DNA of 64,000 nucleotides from Octopus vulgaris (GCA_951406725.2 OX597834.1:12090001-12154000); one strand, 5' to 3'. Shown: positions 12,862 through 26,454, counted from the stretch's first letter. Program-made: numbers and translations. The notes: generated from the letters alone by a model not told the origin.

Positions 12862-13893
12862 ATGTATGTGAGTATTTGAATGCGTTCGTGTGTTAAGTTA
12901 GCTTGTGTTTCTGCGTGTCTGAATTTATATGTTGTTTGCATTTTTCGATATCTTTTTTCTTCCTGCGTTTTTGTGGAGGATGTGTCATTTACGCGACCGC
13001 CAATATGTGCGTATGTATAGTAATTATGTCTATTCATGTAAAGGGTAATGTTGCCTCTGAGATTTTATTAAAATCTTCAAATATTTACTGACAGATTTCA
13101 TAATCTTTACATCCATGTCTGTTCTGAATTACAGAGAAGATATTACGTAAAATTACTTCAAAACAAGCAACAACATAAATAATTCACAGCAAATACAGAT
13201 TCACAGAATAACAATATAATATATTACTAAAACAAGAATATGGAGAATAAAAGACAATCACCAAAACACAAGCGTAAATTCTTTGCAAAACAAGATATAA
13301 TTAAATTTTGTGTACGTTCAGTAAATTTGCAACCGAATATATTCTCATATACATAAATAACATTATATTATTCGAACGAATATGTACGTTAAACGTGATT
13401 TTTGTTCTCTCATATTTTCGTTTGTAACAGTTGTTCTTTAAAATTTCAGACCGAATATTTTTGGTTACGTAATGTGTATGTAAATTTAGTAGCTGGAAAA
13501 GCGTGCAATTTCGTGTATGAATCTTAACAATTTTCATATTTTAAGTGCTATCTTCGTATCGGTTCCATGCTGCTTTCAGAATTTCATTATATATATATAT
13601 TCATTCGTGTATACATATGTATGAGTGTGTGTATGTATATGTATGTGTGTGTGGAAAAAAGGAATAATGAATTTGAGAAAAGGAAAATATCGAATGTGCA
13701 CGAAATACATTATAAGTCAAAGAGTATGAAGAACAGAAACGTATGGTTGTGACATATTTTAATAAAGCGTGTGTGGTATTCGCTTCCGGGTCTATTGTCT
13801 ATCATTTATTCTTGCCTTTCTGCTATAATTTAACATTGCATGTATGCGCAAACATGCTCACTTTCATTCCAACTCGTAAGCATATCTGTTTCA

Positions 13894-14400
<507 letters not shown>

Positions 14401-17182
14401 ATTTTTCGGTGTTGTATCAAATTCACACATACATACATACACACACTAACATTTGAATTTGTTACTTTAAGGATTCGTCCAATCTGAAACTACATGCAGA
14501 TTCTTATTCTTCGAACTTTGAAAGAATTCGTGGACAGCCATCAGTGAATTATTCCTTTTAATCTCACTTCCACTGTATAAACTTGAATATTTTACGGTGA
14601 TTGCTGAAGCACCAAGTTTGGTCATAATTGTAATTAGCTATGCAAAAAAAAAAGAAAAAAAAAGACATATTTAAACCCCTAAAACTAACATCGCTAAATC
14701 TTCAATACTATGAACTATTCTTAATTTTCGTGGGGGCTAAAAAATATTTCTTTGACTGCGACCATGCTGGAGCACGCGTTTTAGTCAAATGACTGGAACG
14801 AGTAAAAGAATATATTTTATGGATTGATTGTAAAAGTGACATTATAAACGTCTACCATTGAAAGTGTTGGATAGTGGTGGCATATAAACTGCGGTTAGAC
14901 CGAGGTAGAACATCCATTCCTATTTTAATGGAGCAGTTTTTATGTTGTAATATCATAATTGGATGATATAAGGCTTTAAAAGGAAAATGATAATTAAATT
15001 AAACAGAACGTATACGCAGCACTTGTAGATCCAATGTGTTTGTGACATCTTGCTGGAAATGTACGAAATGAGGAGGGAAAATTGAAAGGTTAAAGAACTA
15101 ACTTAAAGCATCTGCAAAATACTGACTGAAACCTTCAATCAAACAGCTGATGTCAGAAGAAATTCTGATGCTAAGAAGAAAAATTCATTTTGTTTATTCT
15201 GAATTTTTTTGTACCTTAAGCTATGTAACTTCCATATACGTGTCCTACATATTAACGAACACTTATTTTCTTCAGTAAGACGATCATAACATACATCTCC
15301 TTTGCCAGTGGGTGACGCATACATGCCAATCTTGACTTTTGCCAAAATTTGTAGTGAGGGATGAAGACAGACAACAGAATTAACACACTCATTTGGAGTT
15401 TAATTTGAGTAAGACATCGTGGGTAAGGCAACACATGGTTTACATCTTCCTATGACAGAGTGCTAAAAGAAAAGTCTTTACGTTTTTATTTCTAGCTATG
15501 TGTATATATTAAAATTTTCTAACCTGTACGGTGGCGCCCTTTGTGTGCTTGCGAGATAAAAATTGTTTAACGAATATCAAGTTCCGTTTGGATGTGAATC
15601 GGTAGAGATTGACGTTATAAAAGAGATATTTAAAACACATTGAAATTTTACACAGAACTTATCCATATATAAACTATGAATAGGTTAGGTTATTATTTAT
15701 AACGAGTCAATATGGCTGACGACGCGCCAAGCTCAATCATATTCTCATATTATTTCTCGTCTTCTTTATTACTGTTGCTTCTTTATTACTTTATTACATT
15801 GTATAGAAACTTAAGATGGTTTTATTAATCCTATATCTAACAAGGCGCACATGCTAGATTTAAGATTATAAGAAAGCATGGAAAAAGAAATCCCTGCACA
15901 AAATTAGCCTTGATTGAAATTATGTTTTTTTTAAAATATTTTTATGCAAAAGCTGTCGTTTGTAAAACGCTATTCAGTGAAAGGTGTTTTGAAAATGGAC
16001 TGAAATTTCGAATTTTGGTCGATTAAAAATGCGAGTAATATGCTCTACCTTCCAATTGATTGCAAACCGTTTTGCTTTCTGACTACCTATTGGTATTTGC
16101 TTATTATTTAATAATTAATCATCACTTTCCTATAACTATAGGATCTTCTAAGAGGAACGAAGTCTCTTTTGTAATGAAGAGTATCAAATTCTACTCAACG
16201 ATTGTGTTTGTGAATGAGGATTTATATTGCTAGAAAATGCAGCTAAATTCTCAGAAATCAAAGTATACTGTCTTGCAAATTAAGAAGGTTATATAAAAGT
16301 GATTCATAAACACGAAATAAAAAATGCAAGACTGTTATAGTTGGTAATATGCATCGGCTTTACCGGAGAACGGCTGACCTGAATCGAAACAACAGCAGTA
16401 TCAGCATCATCATCAAACGACAAAAGCAGCAGCAACGACAACAACAACCATAGGAAATTCAAAATAATTATATTTAGAAACGAAACCCAAGTATTTGACT
16501 CGGATCATTGGACAACAAATTCGGATTTCCTTCATCTTAAATTAACCAACCGCTTTCACAAATTACCTCGGAGGTGGCTGCTGAAAACGTCACTATGATC
16601 TTTTTTTCTGTAAAACAGAAACTGTGCAAATGTGTTGCACTTTGAACGGGAGTAACGCAACAGGATGTAAAATCTGACATATGTTAACGATTTACTGTCT
16701 CACCCGTGGTGCTTATCTCAACACGCATGCGTTACATTGCTGTCAAGAACGAAGAAGAAATGTTTAAAAGCAACTCTAACAAATACGTACAAATGTGTTG
16801 ACATATATTTTCACGTCATCATCACCATCATTTCTCACTACCAAAAGTACTTATATTAGTGTATGAACTAACTAGTCCCATTCGTACTAATGTATTACTT
16901 TTACTAGTTATGCAGTGATAAATCTTAAAAACAAACAAACAAAAAACACTCGAAGCGACTGCTGCTGTTTTTGCTTTCACGACTGTAACTTCTAAGACTT
17001 AAAACTGCAGGCGATGATCTGAAGAATTTTTTGGTGTTACTTTTAGGAAATTGAGTAACCATACACTGGATCTTTAACTAGTTCATAAGCAATTAGTTTC
17101 GCAACCATGCTAAACAAGGTATGAATCAATATTCAAAGTTAAAATATAAAGACATCTTCTTGACGATGACATCAAAATGACT

Positions 17183-17554
17183 AACTATGACTGACAAAGG
17201 GAGGAGGAACTCTTGAGAGTGAACGGCCATCCAATAAATGTGTAATTATATATTACCTCATCGTGGTAAGGGGGTGAAACAGGAGTGTAAGAGCTATGTG
17301 GCCAGAGACTTCGGGTTTCTCGTAGGGCCACCCAAGGCGGATTGTTCTGACACCCAGCGATATCAGGGCCGCACCCGGCTAACGGGGCTCTGGTGAACAG
17401 AAGCATCTGATCCGACACCCGGCGGCTTCAACCCGTCCTGTCCCTGCGTCTGTGGAAAATCTACGGCAAACAAGACGTTCTCCCAACAGGGATATACTTG
17501 CGGCTGGGGACCGCTTGCGAACTTCCTATTCTCAAGATCCTTCAAATATTCCTC
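17183..17554 (-). mobile_element. Unidentified GC-rich 5'-truncated retro-insertion
   Basis: Direct repeat ATGACATCAAAATG at 17166-17179 and 17555-17568. The minus-strand frame is open from the junction (EEYLKDLENRKF...SRVRP*) to a stop at 17363. Confidence 0.6.
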
Positions 17555-17790
17555 ATGACATCAAAATGGCTGAGAGTTACTGTGTCGAATAAAATATTTT
17601 GCAGTATTTGTTCCCAGATTATACTCCCAGAGTTATTTAGCACTCTCAAACTATTTGTCTCCTTCTGTTCATCTTTCTCATAGTCTAACCATCCCTTTCG
17701 TTATCTCTCTGGCTATCAGTCTCAATTTTTGTATCCTTCTCTCAACCTCTAGATTTTACCTGCAATGCAAAGGATTTTCTTCGCTACGAT

Positions 17791-18038
17791 TTGTGTCCTT
17801 GAGCAAGATACTTTATTTCAGGTTGCTCCAGTCCATTCAGCTGGCAAAAATGAGTAGTACCGGTATTTCAAAGGGCCAGCCTTGTCACTCTGCGCGTCAC
17901 GCTGAATCTCCCTGAGACCTACGTTAGGGGTACACCTGTCTGTGGATTGATCAGGCACTTGCACGCTAATTTCACGAGCAGGCTGTTCCGTTGATCGTAT
18001 CTTCTTGGACCCACGTCGTCGTAACCGACGGATTCCTC
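17791..18038 (+). mobile_element. CORE-like SINE family D carrying family C tail type 1
   Basis: GTGTCCTTGAGCAAG...TTGCTCCAGTCCATTCAGCTGGCAAAAATGAGT is joined to GTATTTCAAAGGGCC...GTAACCGACGGA, which is shared with 4528-4710. Confidence 0.8.
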
Positions 18039-18061
18039 ATATATATATATATATATATATA

Positions 18062-18295
18062 TATTAAATTAGAGATAAAACCACTATTAGGCAAATCAAA
18101 CAATGAAAAACTTAAGCCAATACATAAAATTAATTAATTTATATTATTTTAAATATATATCAAAAGTATTAAAAGTTTAATAAAAGATAATGAGTGAAAC
18201 ACTACGATCGTTTCATGGCTGTCCAATTCGTAATAATTCGAGTTATGGTTACAGTCAATCTTCAGGTAATTGAAATATTTATCTCAGCGAGGTGT
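18062..18295 (-). mobile_element. Penelope-like pLTR fragment within (TA)n
   Basis: Flanked by (TA)n on both sides and contains the hammerhead. Its left end (attagagataaaaccac...caaatcaaacaatgaa) resembles the left end of 10668-10875. Confidence 0.55.
18201..18270 (-). ncRNA. Type I hammerhead ribozyme with long helix II
   Basis: Reverse complement reads ATTAC-CTGAAGA-T-TGACTGT...ACAGCCA-T-GAAA-CGATC-GTAGT. Helix I ATTAC/GTAGT (one G.U), helix II 6/7 bp, AUC triplet, palindrome CGATCG at helix III. Confidence 0.65.
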
Positions 18296-18886
18296 ATACA
18301 TATATATATATATATATATACAGAGGTGGGGAGAGATAGATAGATAGATAGATAGATGAGTGAGTGTATAAACAACGGTTAAAAATTACAAACGAATGTG
18401 ATACGTGATGTAATAAGATATTTCTGAAAAAAAAAGGCAGATTAATCATTAATCACACGAAATTACGAAAATCATTTCGAGAGCCACAGCAAAAGGTAAG
18501 AATGACAGTTTTACACTCCGTACGATATTTGACTTACGAAGCTCCACTTCAAGATTGCAGTCCTAATATGTGCTTTACCTTTTCTTTACAGAGTTCTTAA
18601 CGTGTGATTTGAGAGAAATTCAGCAATTTGCGTTAAACCAGAGAAAACCCTACAAGTTGCTCGTTCGATATTATATCTATATCCTGCAGGGCTGCTTACA
18701 GAAGCGTTGTAGCCTGGAACTGAATTGCCCTATGCTATTTAATAAGTCTGAATGTCAAACTCCAACAGCATTCGTTTCGCACTATATATATTTATGCACA
18801 GACAAACAATACTAGAAGTAAACTATGGGATCACTGAATGGCTTACATGTCTCCACTATACAATAATCGGTTTCCTGGATCTATAT

Positions 18887-19104
18887 GTTTCTTTATTACC
18901 CACAAGGGGCTAAACATAGAGGGGACAAACGAATTAAGTCGATTACATCGACCCCAGTGCGTAACTGGTACTTAATTTATCGACCCCGAAAGGATGAAAG
19001 GCAAAGTCGACCTCGGCGGAATTTGAACTCAGAACGTAACGGCAGACGAAATACGGTTACGCATTTCGCCCAGCGTGCTAACGGTTCTGCCAGCTCGCCG
19101 CCTT
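18887..19104 (-). mobile_element. SINE family B (Deu/Nin-like central domain)
   Basis: B-box GAGTTCAAATTCC and central GTCGACTTTGCCTTTCATCCTTTCGGGGTCGATAAATTAAGTACC. 17-bp TSD GTTTCCTGGATCTATAT at 18870-18886 and 19105-19121. Confidence 0.9.
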
Positions 19105-19606
19105 GTTTCCTGGATCTATATACTGGATATAGAATGCGATAGATTATTGATTTGTTTACTTTTTTCGTCTAGGTAGAACGGGAGACACTACTTTGAAGTA
19201 CTAAAATACATCCCATGAGTTCAATTTCCTTTAAGGTCACTTTGCCTTTCATTCATTCTATCGTTTCAAGAAGCATGAATCATATACTGGAATAATGATC
19301 CGCGATATTCAAATCTTCAAAAGTGTGAGTTCTTGTCTATGATTAAAAACAAAAATCAATATTTATTTAAATCTGCTTTTTTTTTTTTATTTTATGTTTT
19401 GCGTTCAAATCCTGACAAGGTCAATTTTCGCTTTTACAATTCCGGGATCGATAATATAACTTACTAGTCAAAAACTAAAATCTATATGATCAATAGTTCC
19501 CTCCCCGACAATGCATGATATAGAGATTAATCTAGAATTCATCATCATCATCGCTATACACCTCTTATCTTCTCTTCTTACTCCTCTTTATTGATATTAA
19601 TGCTGT

Positions 19607-19995
19607 TATTATTATTATTATTATCATTATTATTATCATCATCTTTGATATTATCATTATTATTATCATCATCTTTGATATTATCATTATCATCATCTTT
19701 GATATTATTATTATTATTATCATCATCTTTGATATTATTATTATTATTATCATCATCTTTAATATTATTATTATTATTATCATCATCTATTATTATTATT
19801 ATTATCATCATCTTTAATATTATTATTATTATTATCATCATCTTTATTATTATTATTATCATCATCATCTTTAATATTATTATTATTATTATCATCATCT
19901 TTATTATTATTATTATTATTATCATCATCTTTAATATTATTATAAGTAGTAGTAGTAGAAGTATTAGCAGCAGCAGCTGTAGTAGTAGTAGTAGT
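19607..19995. repeat. (ATT)n(ATC)n higher-order array, then (AGT)/(AGC)n
   Basis: Recurring unit ATCATCATCTTT(G/A)ATATTATTATT. Confidence 0.95.
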
Positions 19996-20257
19996 AAAAA
20001 GGTAGGATGGGGTAAATCGACAGCACAAGAGGGGAGGAGGTGAATGAGAAAGTCGGTAATGTTGATGGAATAGTCGTTGACAGGAGTAGGTAAAAATAGC
20101 TTGAGTAGTAACATTAGTAGACATATTGGAATAATGTGCAGCAAAATGATCAGAAGCTGCCATATGTTGAGAGAAAAGTAGCGGGAGTGGCTTCGCAATG
20201 CATAATGGGAAACCGGTCGGGTAGAAACATGGCGGAGATAGACAAAGAGAACAAGAC

Positions 20258-20262
20258 ATATG

Positions 20263-20297
<35 letters not shown>

Positions 20298-20352
20298 ATG
20301 TATGTGTATATATGTGTATGTATGTGTATATATATATATAAATATATGTATG

Positions 20353-20387
<35 letters not shown>

Positions 20388-20444
20388 ATATGTATGTACG
20401 TATATATATATGTATGTATATATATATGTATGTATATATATATG

Positions 20445-20489
<45 letters not shown>

Positions 20490-20710
20490 ATATATATATG
20501 TATGTATATATATATGTGTGCATATATATATGTATGTATGTGTGTGTGTATATATATATATATATGTATGTGTGTATATATATATGTATGTATGTGTGTA
20601 TATATGTATGTATGTATATATATATATGTATGTATGTATGTGTATATATATATGTATGTATGTATGTGTATATATATATGTATGTATATACATATATATT
20701 ATATATATAT
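20258..20710. repeat. (TA)n/(TATG)n compound microsatellite
   Basis: Seen directly. Confidence 0.95.
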
Positions 20711-20820
20711 AAATAAATAAAAGTAATGTTTCGTAGCCACTTCAACATGGCTGTCCTCTCAAACGGACTTTACTGCTACTTCTTGACCCGAAGAGGACAT
20801 CTCCTCTATCTCGTAAACGA

Positions 20821-20855
<35 letters not shown>

Positions 20856-21529
20856 GAGGAAAGAATCAGAAAGACAGAAACCGACGCAGGGAGATTAATA
20901 TACGTAACTTGAAAGGGGGTGGCAATGGAATTTAGAGATAGGAAGAGAGAGTAAGAGGATGAAATTAATAGTGGGGGGAATTAGGTAGTAAGGGAGAAAA
21001 AAATAGAGTACTAACGAATGTCAAATAAGTCTGAAAGTGAAAGTAGAACTGAGAGAAAGGGAGAGAGAGAACAACCCATTGAGAGTAAACTACGTCTGAT
21101 TTAGCAGCTATAAATGACGACATGCGGTAAGGAAAAGGAAAAGGAAATAGATGGAGATGAGAGGTAGGGAGAAAGACAGAATGGGTAGGAATCAAAGAGC
21201 ATGCAGAGAAAGAGGGAAAGAGAGAAGAGGGAGAGAGTGCAGTGAGATGGAGAGTAGCAGGAGGGCAAGGAGCGGCAGAGAGATAACCATATGAAACATT
21301 GAGGGATAGGAGCGAGGGTGAGCTAAATGATTGTGCGTGTGGGTGTTTGTCTGAATGTGTATGTATATAGGGTGAGTGAAAGAGGGAGAGGAAGGTGAAA
21401 TGGAGAGAACAGTAAGTGGAGAGAGAGAGTGAAGGAGTGGAAGAGAAAATAAGAGGGGTGTGATAAAGAGATGATGGTAAAAGAACAGTGAGGGAAAAGA
21501 TGGAAAAGAAAGAGGGAAGGAGACAGACA

Positions 21530-22070
21530 AATATATGTGTGTGAGTGTCTATATGTATATATGTGTGTATATGTATATATGTATATGTGAGTGTATGTAT
21601 ATATGTGTGTATATATATATGTATATGTCAGAGTGTATATATATGTATATGTGAGTGTGTATTTTATGTATATGCGAGTGTGTATATATGCATATGTGAG
21701 TGTGTATATATGAATATGTGAGTGTATATATATGAATATGTGAGTGTATATATGAATGTGTGAATGTATATATGAATGTGTGAGTGTGTATATGAATGTG
21801 TGAGTGTGTATATGAATGTGTGAGTGTGTATATGAATGTGTGAATGTATGTGTGAATGTGTATATGAATGTGTGAATGTATATATGAATGTGTGAGTGTG
21901 TATATGAATGTGTGAGTGTGTATATGAATGTGTGAATGTGTATATGAATGTGTGAATGTATATATGAATGTGTGAGTGTGTATATGAATATGTGAGTGTG
22001 TATATATGTATGTGAGTGTGTATATGTGAGTGTGTATATATGTACATGTGGGTGTGTATATGTATATATG
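21530..22070. repeat. 20-bp minisatellite TATATGAATGTGTGAGTGTG
   Basis: Seen directly; clearest at 21750-22000. Confidence 0.9.
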
Positions 22071-22346
22071 GATATGGAGAGTAAAGGAGAGGGGGAGAAG
22101 GAGAAATGAAGGAGACACGAAGAGGTAGTGAGAGAGGAAAGGCAGAGGGGAGAGGTGGGTGCATTTCGGTAAGACGCAAATACATGAGCTGCAGCAGAAG
22201 CAACAACAACAGGAAGTGAAGCAGTAAGTGGTGGAAGGTTTGTGAGATGGCGGTGGGGGGGGTGTATGGAGATGTGGTTAGATAAGAAGAGGGAGAAGGG
22301 CGGGTGTTTGGTGGGGAGAAGAGCGAGGTGCAACAAGAGAACACTG

Positions 22347-22387
<41 letters not shown>

Positions 22388-22687
22388 TATACCACTACGC
22401 ACACACGAAGACAGATGCACCAGACACCGATAAGGAATACACATACATTTATCTATACCACGATTGCACACACATTCATGCGTGTACAAAGATGTGCATA
22501 TATATATATACACACCGAGGGGGAAAATCAATAAGTTAAAACGATCGAAGTTAAAAATGTACTGTGAATGTTTTCCCCGAAATTCTAAGCAAACTTACAT
22601 ATATACACACACACACACCAGCAAGTGAGTATGTGTCCATGTCACGTGTCATGAGTTTGTACTCAGAGTATACGGTGCTAAATTTAG

Positions 22688-23120
22688 TTTATCCTTTGCT
22701 TGTTTCATTCATTAGAATGCGGCCATGTTGGGGGCACCGCCTTCAAAGTGTTTTAATCGACGCGATACCCCCTAGCACGTAATTGTTTTTACGATTGATA
22801 GTAGTTATTCTAACTTTATTTTTGATTGAAAGGCTAAAGTCACAGAGACGTGAACACACCAACACCCCCTGTCAAGTAGTGGTGGGGGACACACACAGTG
22901 ACACATACATACATACACACAAACACACACACATACAAACATACATAGACTCTCTCACACACACACATATACGACAGGCTTCTTTCAGTTTCAGTCTACC
23001 AAATCCACTCACAAGGCATTGGTCGGCCCCAGGCTATTGTTGAAATCAATTACCGAAGGCACCATGCAGTGGGACTGAACCTGGTACAATGTGGTCGTGA
23101 ATCAAGCTTCTTACCACACA
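22688..23120 (-). mobile_element. SINE family A, diverged
   Basis: GCGGCCATG...CACCGCC, TCTTTCAGTTT...CCAAATCCACTCACAAGG, GCAGTGGGACTGAACC. Confidence 0.8.
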
Positions 23121-23215
23121 CACACACACAGACATGTAGGTAGAACATAAATTATGAACAGCTTTAATAAGTTTTCGACCCTTGTAATGGTTTTATCACA
23201 ATTAATTACGTAACT

Positions 23216-23315
23216 TGTGTGGTAAGAAACTTGCTTTCGAACCTCATGGTTCCAGGATCACTGCTGCTGCGTGATGCCTTCGGCAAGTGTCTTCTACTAT
23301 AGCCTCGCGCCGAAG
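23216..23315 (+). mobile_element. SINE family A 5' fragment
   Basis: TGTGTGGTAAG...CATGGTTCC...GGCAAGTGTCTTCTACTATAGCCTCG. Confidence 0.7.
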
Positions 23316-23913
23316 CTATACTATATATATATGTGTGTGTGTGTGTGTATACCTGGTCGGTGTGCTCCACGTTAGTAGTGGAAGAGATCGTAGAGCAACG
23401 TGATATGGAAAATCTTGCTCAAGACTGAACAGACCTGGTAGTTTTTTTTTGTTATTTTTGTTATGAGCAGGAAACAAAACTATACTTAACCAGCGAATGT
23501 AACTTCCTCGTCTACAGTTGTAGAAAAGGAGAACATTTATGAGGAAGCAATACAAAGCAGAGAGCTTTCGTAACACGGCTACAGATTCCCATTTGTACAA
23601 TTATCATCAGTGCATAAACACTGTATTAGAATTGATTTACGTAAAAGCCTGGAAATGTCAAACTTCCCCAAATAGGACAAAACATTCAAAATTCCATTCT
23701 TCAAATCTAATCTATTCGTGGTATAGGGAAGATCTGCAAATCATTGCTAGGATTCTCTCCATTAAAGAGTTTAATAGAATGATCACATACATTGAAAGGC
23801 TTGGTTCTATCTGGCATAGACAGGCATACATAGAATATACCCACGCAAATACATGTAACTACGAGATATTTACATCATTTATATGAGTGTAAATATAGCC
23901 AAACATAAATATA

Positions 23914-24327
23914 TATTTCTTTACTACCCACAAAGGGCTAAACACAGAGAGGACAAACAAGGACAGACAAACGGATTAAGACGATTACATCGAGCCCAGT
24001 GCCAAACTGGTACTTCATTTATCGACCCCGAAAGGATGAAAGGCAAAGTCGACCTCGGCGGAATTTGAACTCGGGACGTAACGGCAGACGAAAGACATAT
24101 TTCTTTACTACCCGCATGGGGCTAAACACAGAAGACAAACAAGGACAGACAAACGGATTAAGACGATTACATCGAGCCCAGTGCCAAACTGGTACTTCAT
24201 TTATCGACCCCGAAAGGATAAATGGCAAAGTCGACCTCGGCGGAATTTAAACTCGGAACGTAACGGCAGACGAAATACCGCTAAGCATTTCGCCCGGCGT
24301 GTTAACGTTCCTGCCAGCTCGCAACCT
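23914..24327 (-). mobile_element. SINE family B with tandemly duplicated 3' ~180 bp
   Basis: Units 23914-24094 and 24095-24327. One 18-bp TSD TAGCCAAACATAAATATA at 23896-23913 and 24328-24345. Confidence 0.9.
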
Positions 24328-25295
24328 TAGCCAAACATAAATATAGGTTAGTATTTTCCCAGAGATAGGGCGGGGAGTAAAAAAATCGTTTGTATACTAG
24401 AGAAAATGGTTAGAGATATTTCATCTGTGTTTACAACGTCGGAATTACCCCCAACACAACCAACACCGCCATCACCACCTCAAAAATCAGCAACAGCAAC
24501 AAAACAACAGTTTTCATAATTGTATTGTTTTGGTGGTAACGATACGTGTAAGGAGAATTTACTGCAATTCATTCATTCATTTGTGATCACAACGGTGGTG
24601 AATGTCAAGTTTCAACCCACAATTCTGTGACTATGTCTCACAACATCAATATGAATAAATGCGATTTAATCCTAAAAAAAAATAGCAGGCAGTAAGTGAA
24701 TATAAGTTGCATAGTTATGCATGTTAAAGTTAAAATTTCCATATTTTTTTTCCTCAGCATCGAATCACCCCTACAGCATCTTATATATTTACATTTCCTA
24801 TCTGTAACTGAAAAGAAAAATGGTGAAAGAAAGAAAAACATCCACGTCTTAAGATACAATAACTAGTATAGAAAAATATAGCCATGTAACTTCTCAGAAA
24901 TATCAGAACATTTAAATGTAGTACAGTAAATGTCATTCATGATTTTGTAGTTTAAGATCTTAGCGATCTGAATCTAAAAGTTTCTAATAGTTATACTAAT
25001 CGAAGCCAATTCATAAACCTTACACCATTAATGGCATTTGAAATGGTTAAGTGGTAACGGAACACTATATTTTTGTAATTTTAATGTCAGTTTCTGAGAT
25101 GTTATCGATCTTTTCAAGATATATTTCTGAATATATGACATATTTCGTAATAATTCTGTATTATGTAACTTATCTTAGACTCCATACAATCTCTTAAGTG
25201 TAGATGCCTCTTGAGTCATGTTATAATATTTAAACTAAGACTACAGATAAGTGTTTGCGATGTCGATCTGCATGCAAGATATAGCAATGATATAC

Positions 25296-25606
25296 TATCT
25301 ATCTATCTATCTATCTATCTATCCGCTCAGTCGAAGTCGCCTCTCGGTTACTCGTTGGATCAGTGTCCTCCAGTCAGTTCTATCCTGGGCCGCTTCTTTC
25401 AGATTGGCTATGTCCATTCCGGTATCACTCTTGATAGTGTGAAGCCAGCGGGTTCTTGGTCGGCCTCTTCCTCTCTTGTCACTGACCATTCCGAGCATGA
25501 TGTCCTTCTCCAGGGATCTTCTCCGCATAAAATGACCGAAATATGCCAATCTATGCTTGGTAATCCTAGATTCTAGCGAGATTTTCGGCCTCATCTGCTT
25601 AAGAAC
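25296..25606 (-). mobile_element. RTE-clade (BovB-like) LINE, 3' end
   Basis: Minus-strand peptide VLKQMRPKISLESRITKHRLAYFGHFMRRRSLEKDIMLG...RGRGRPRTRWL...AQDRTDWR matches the RTE ORF C-terminus. (GATA)7 tail at 25296-25323. Confidence 0.9.
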
Positions 25607-25850
25607 TATTGAGAGAGAATTGCCAGAGGTGCAAACTGGTTTCAGAAAAGGAAGAGGCACCCGTGATCACATCGCCAATCTACGGTGGATTATGGAAAAG
25701 GCCAGAAAATACCAAAAGAAGCAGTGCACGCGTTTTATCGATTACTCCAAAAGCTTTGACAGCATTGATCATGACAAGTTATAGAAATGTCTGGAGGAAA
25801 TGGGAACACCTTTACACCTTGTCCAGCTTATTAGATTACTCTATCAAAAT
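25600..25850 (+). mobile_element. RTE-clade LINE reverse-transcriptase fragment (inverted 5' segment of the same insertion)
   Basis: ERELPEVQTGFRKGRGTRDHIANLRWIMEKA...FIDYSKSFDSIDHDKL*KCLEEMG matches the QxGFR and IDYxKAFD motifs of RTE RT. TSD CAATGATATAC at 25285-25295 and 25853-25863 brackets both pieces. Confidence 0.9.
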
Positions 25851-26454
25851 ATCAATGATATACACCTCGAATAAAAAGCCACTGTTTCCAAAATAGAAAG
25901 TAACTGTTAAATTATGCAGTTCACTTTGCATATAATTGGATTGTAGTGAAATACAAAGACGGCCGGGATGTTTGTTTCATTGGTTCTTTAAATAAGAACT
26001 AACCCGGGGCTGAACAGCACAACACCGCATCCCCACCACTACAAAATATCTCTGCAGCAAGGACAAAAACAACAGCAGAAACAACAAGGGAAACTATATG
26101 TCGATGGTTGATCAGCTAGGAAAAATATCTAAATCGTTTGAAAAATATAAAGGACGTATTAATGTGGCAATAGATATACAAACGGCATGGTCACGATTGG
26201 AAAGCTTCTGAGCATAGCACAGCTCGATCAAGGATCACCAAATTTTGAACAACAGCATCACCAAAACCAAAATAAATATCGGCGATAATAAGCCAATGGG
26301 AGATCTCCTACGAGGTCGAAGGATATACACCACATAGCAGTCAATTCTCTTAGAAATCACATCGTACTGTTATAAAATACGGAAATGTAGTCTATTGTAT
26401 AATTCTTTCTAATTTTTAGCACAGGCCTGCAGTTTTGATGGGGATAATATCGAT

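Noticed and set aside
17182-17192. TAACTATGACT, matching the 28S rRNA sequence next to the R2 target site
   Set aside because: Only 11 bp with no other rDNA. Better explained as the element's short-repeat tail.
23518-23573. Possible mini-exon VEKENIYEEAIQSRELS* with a Tyr motif
   Set aside because: Too short to distinguish from chance.
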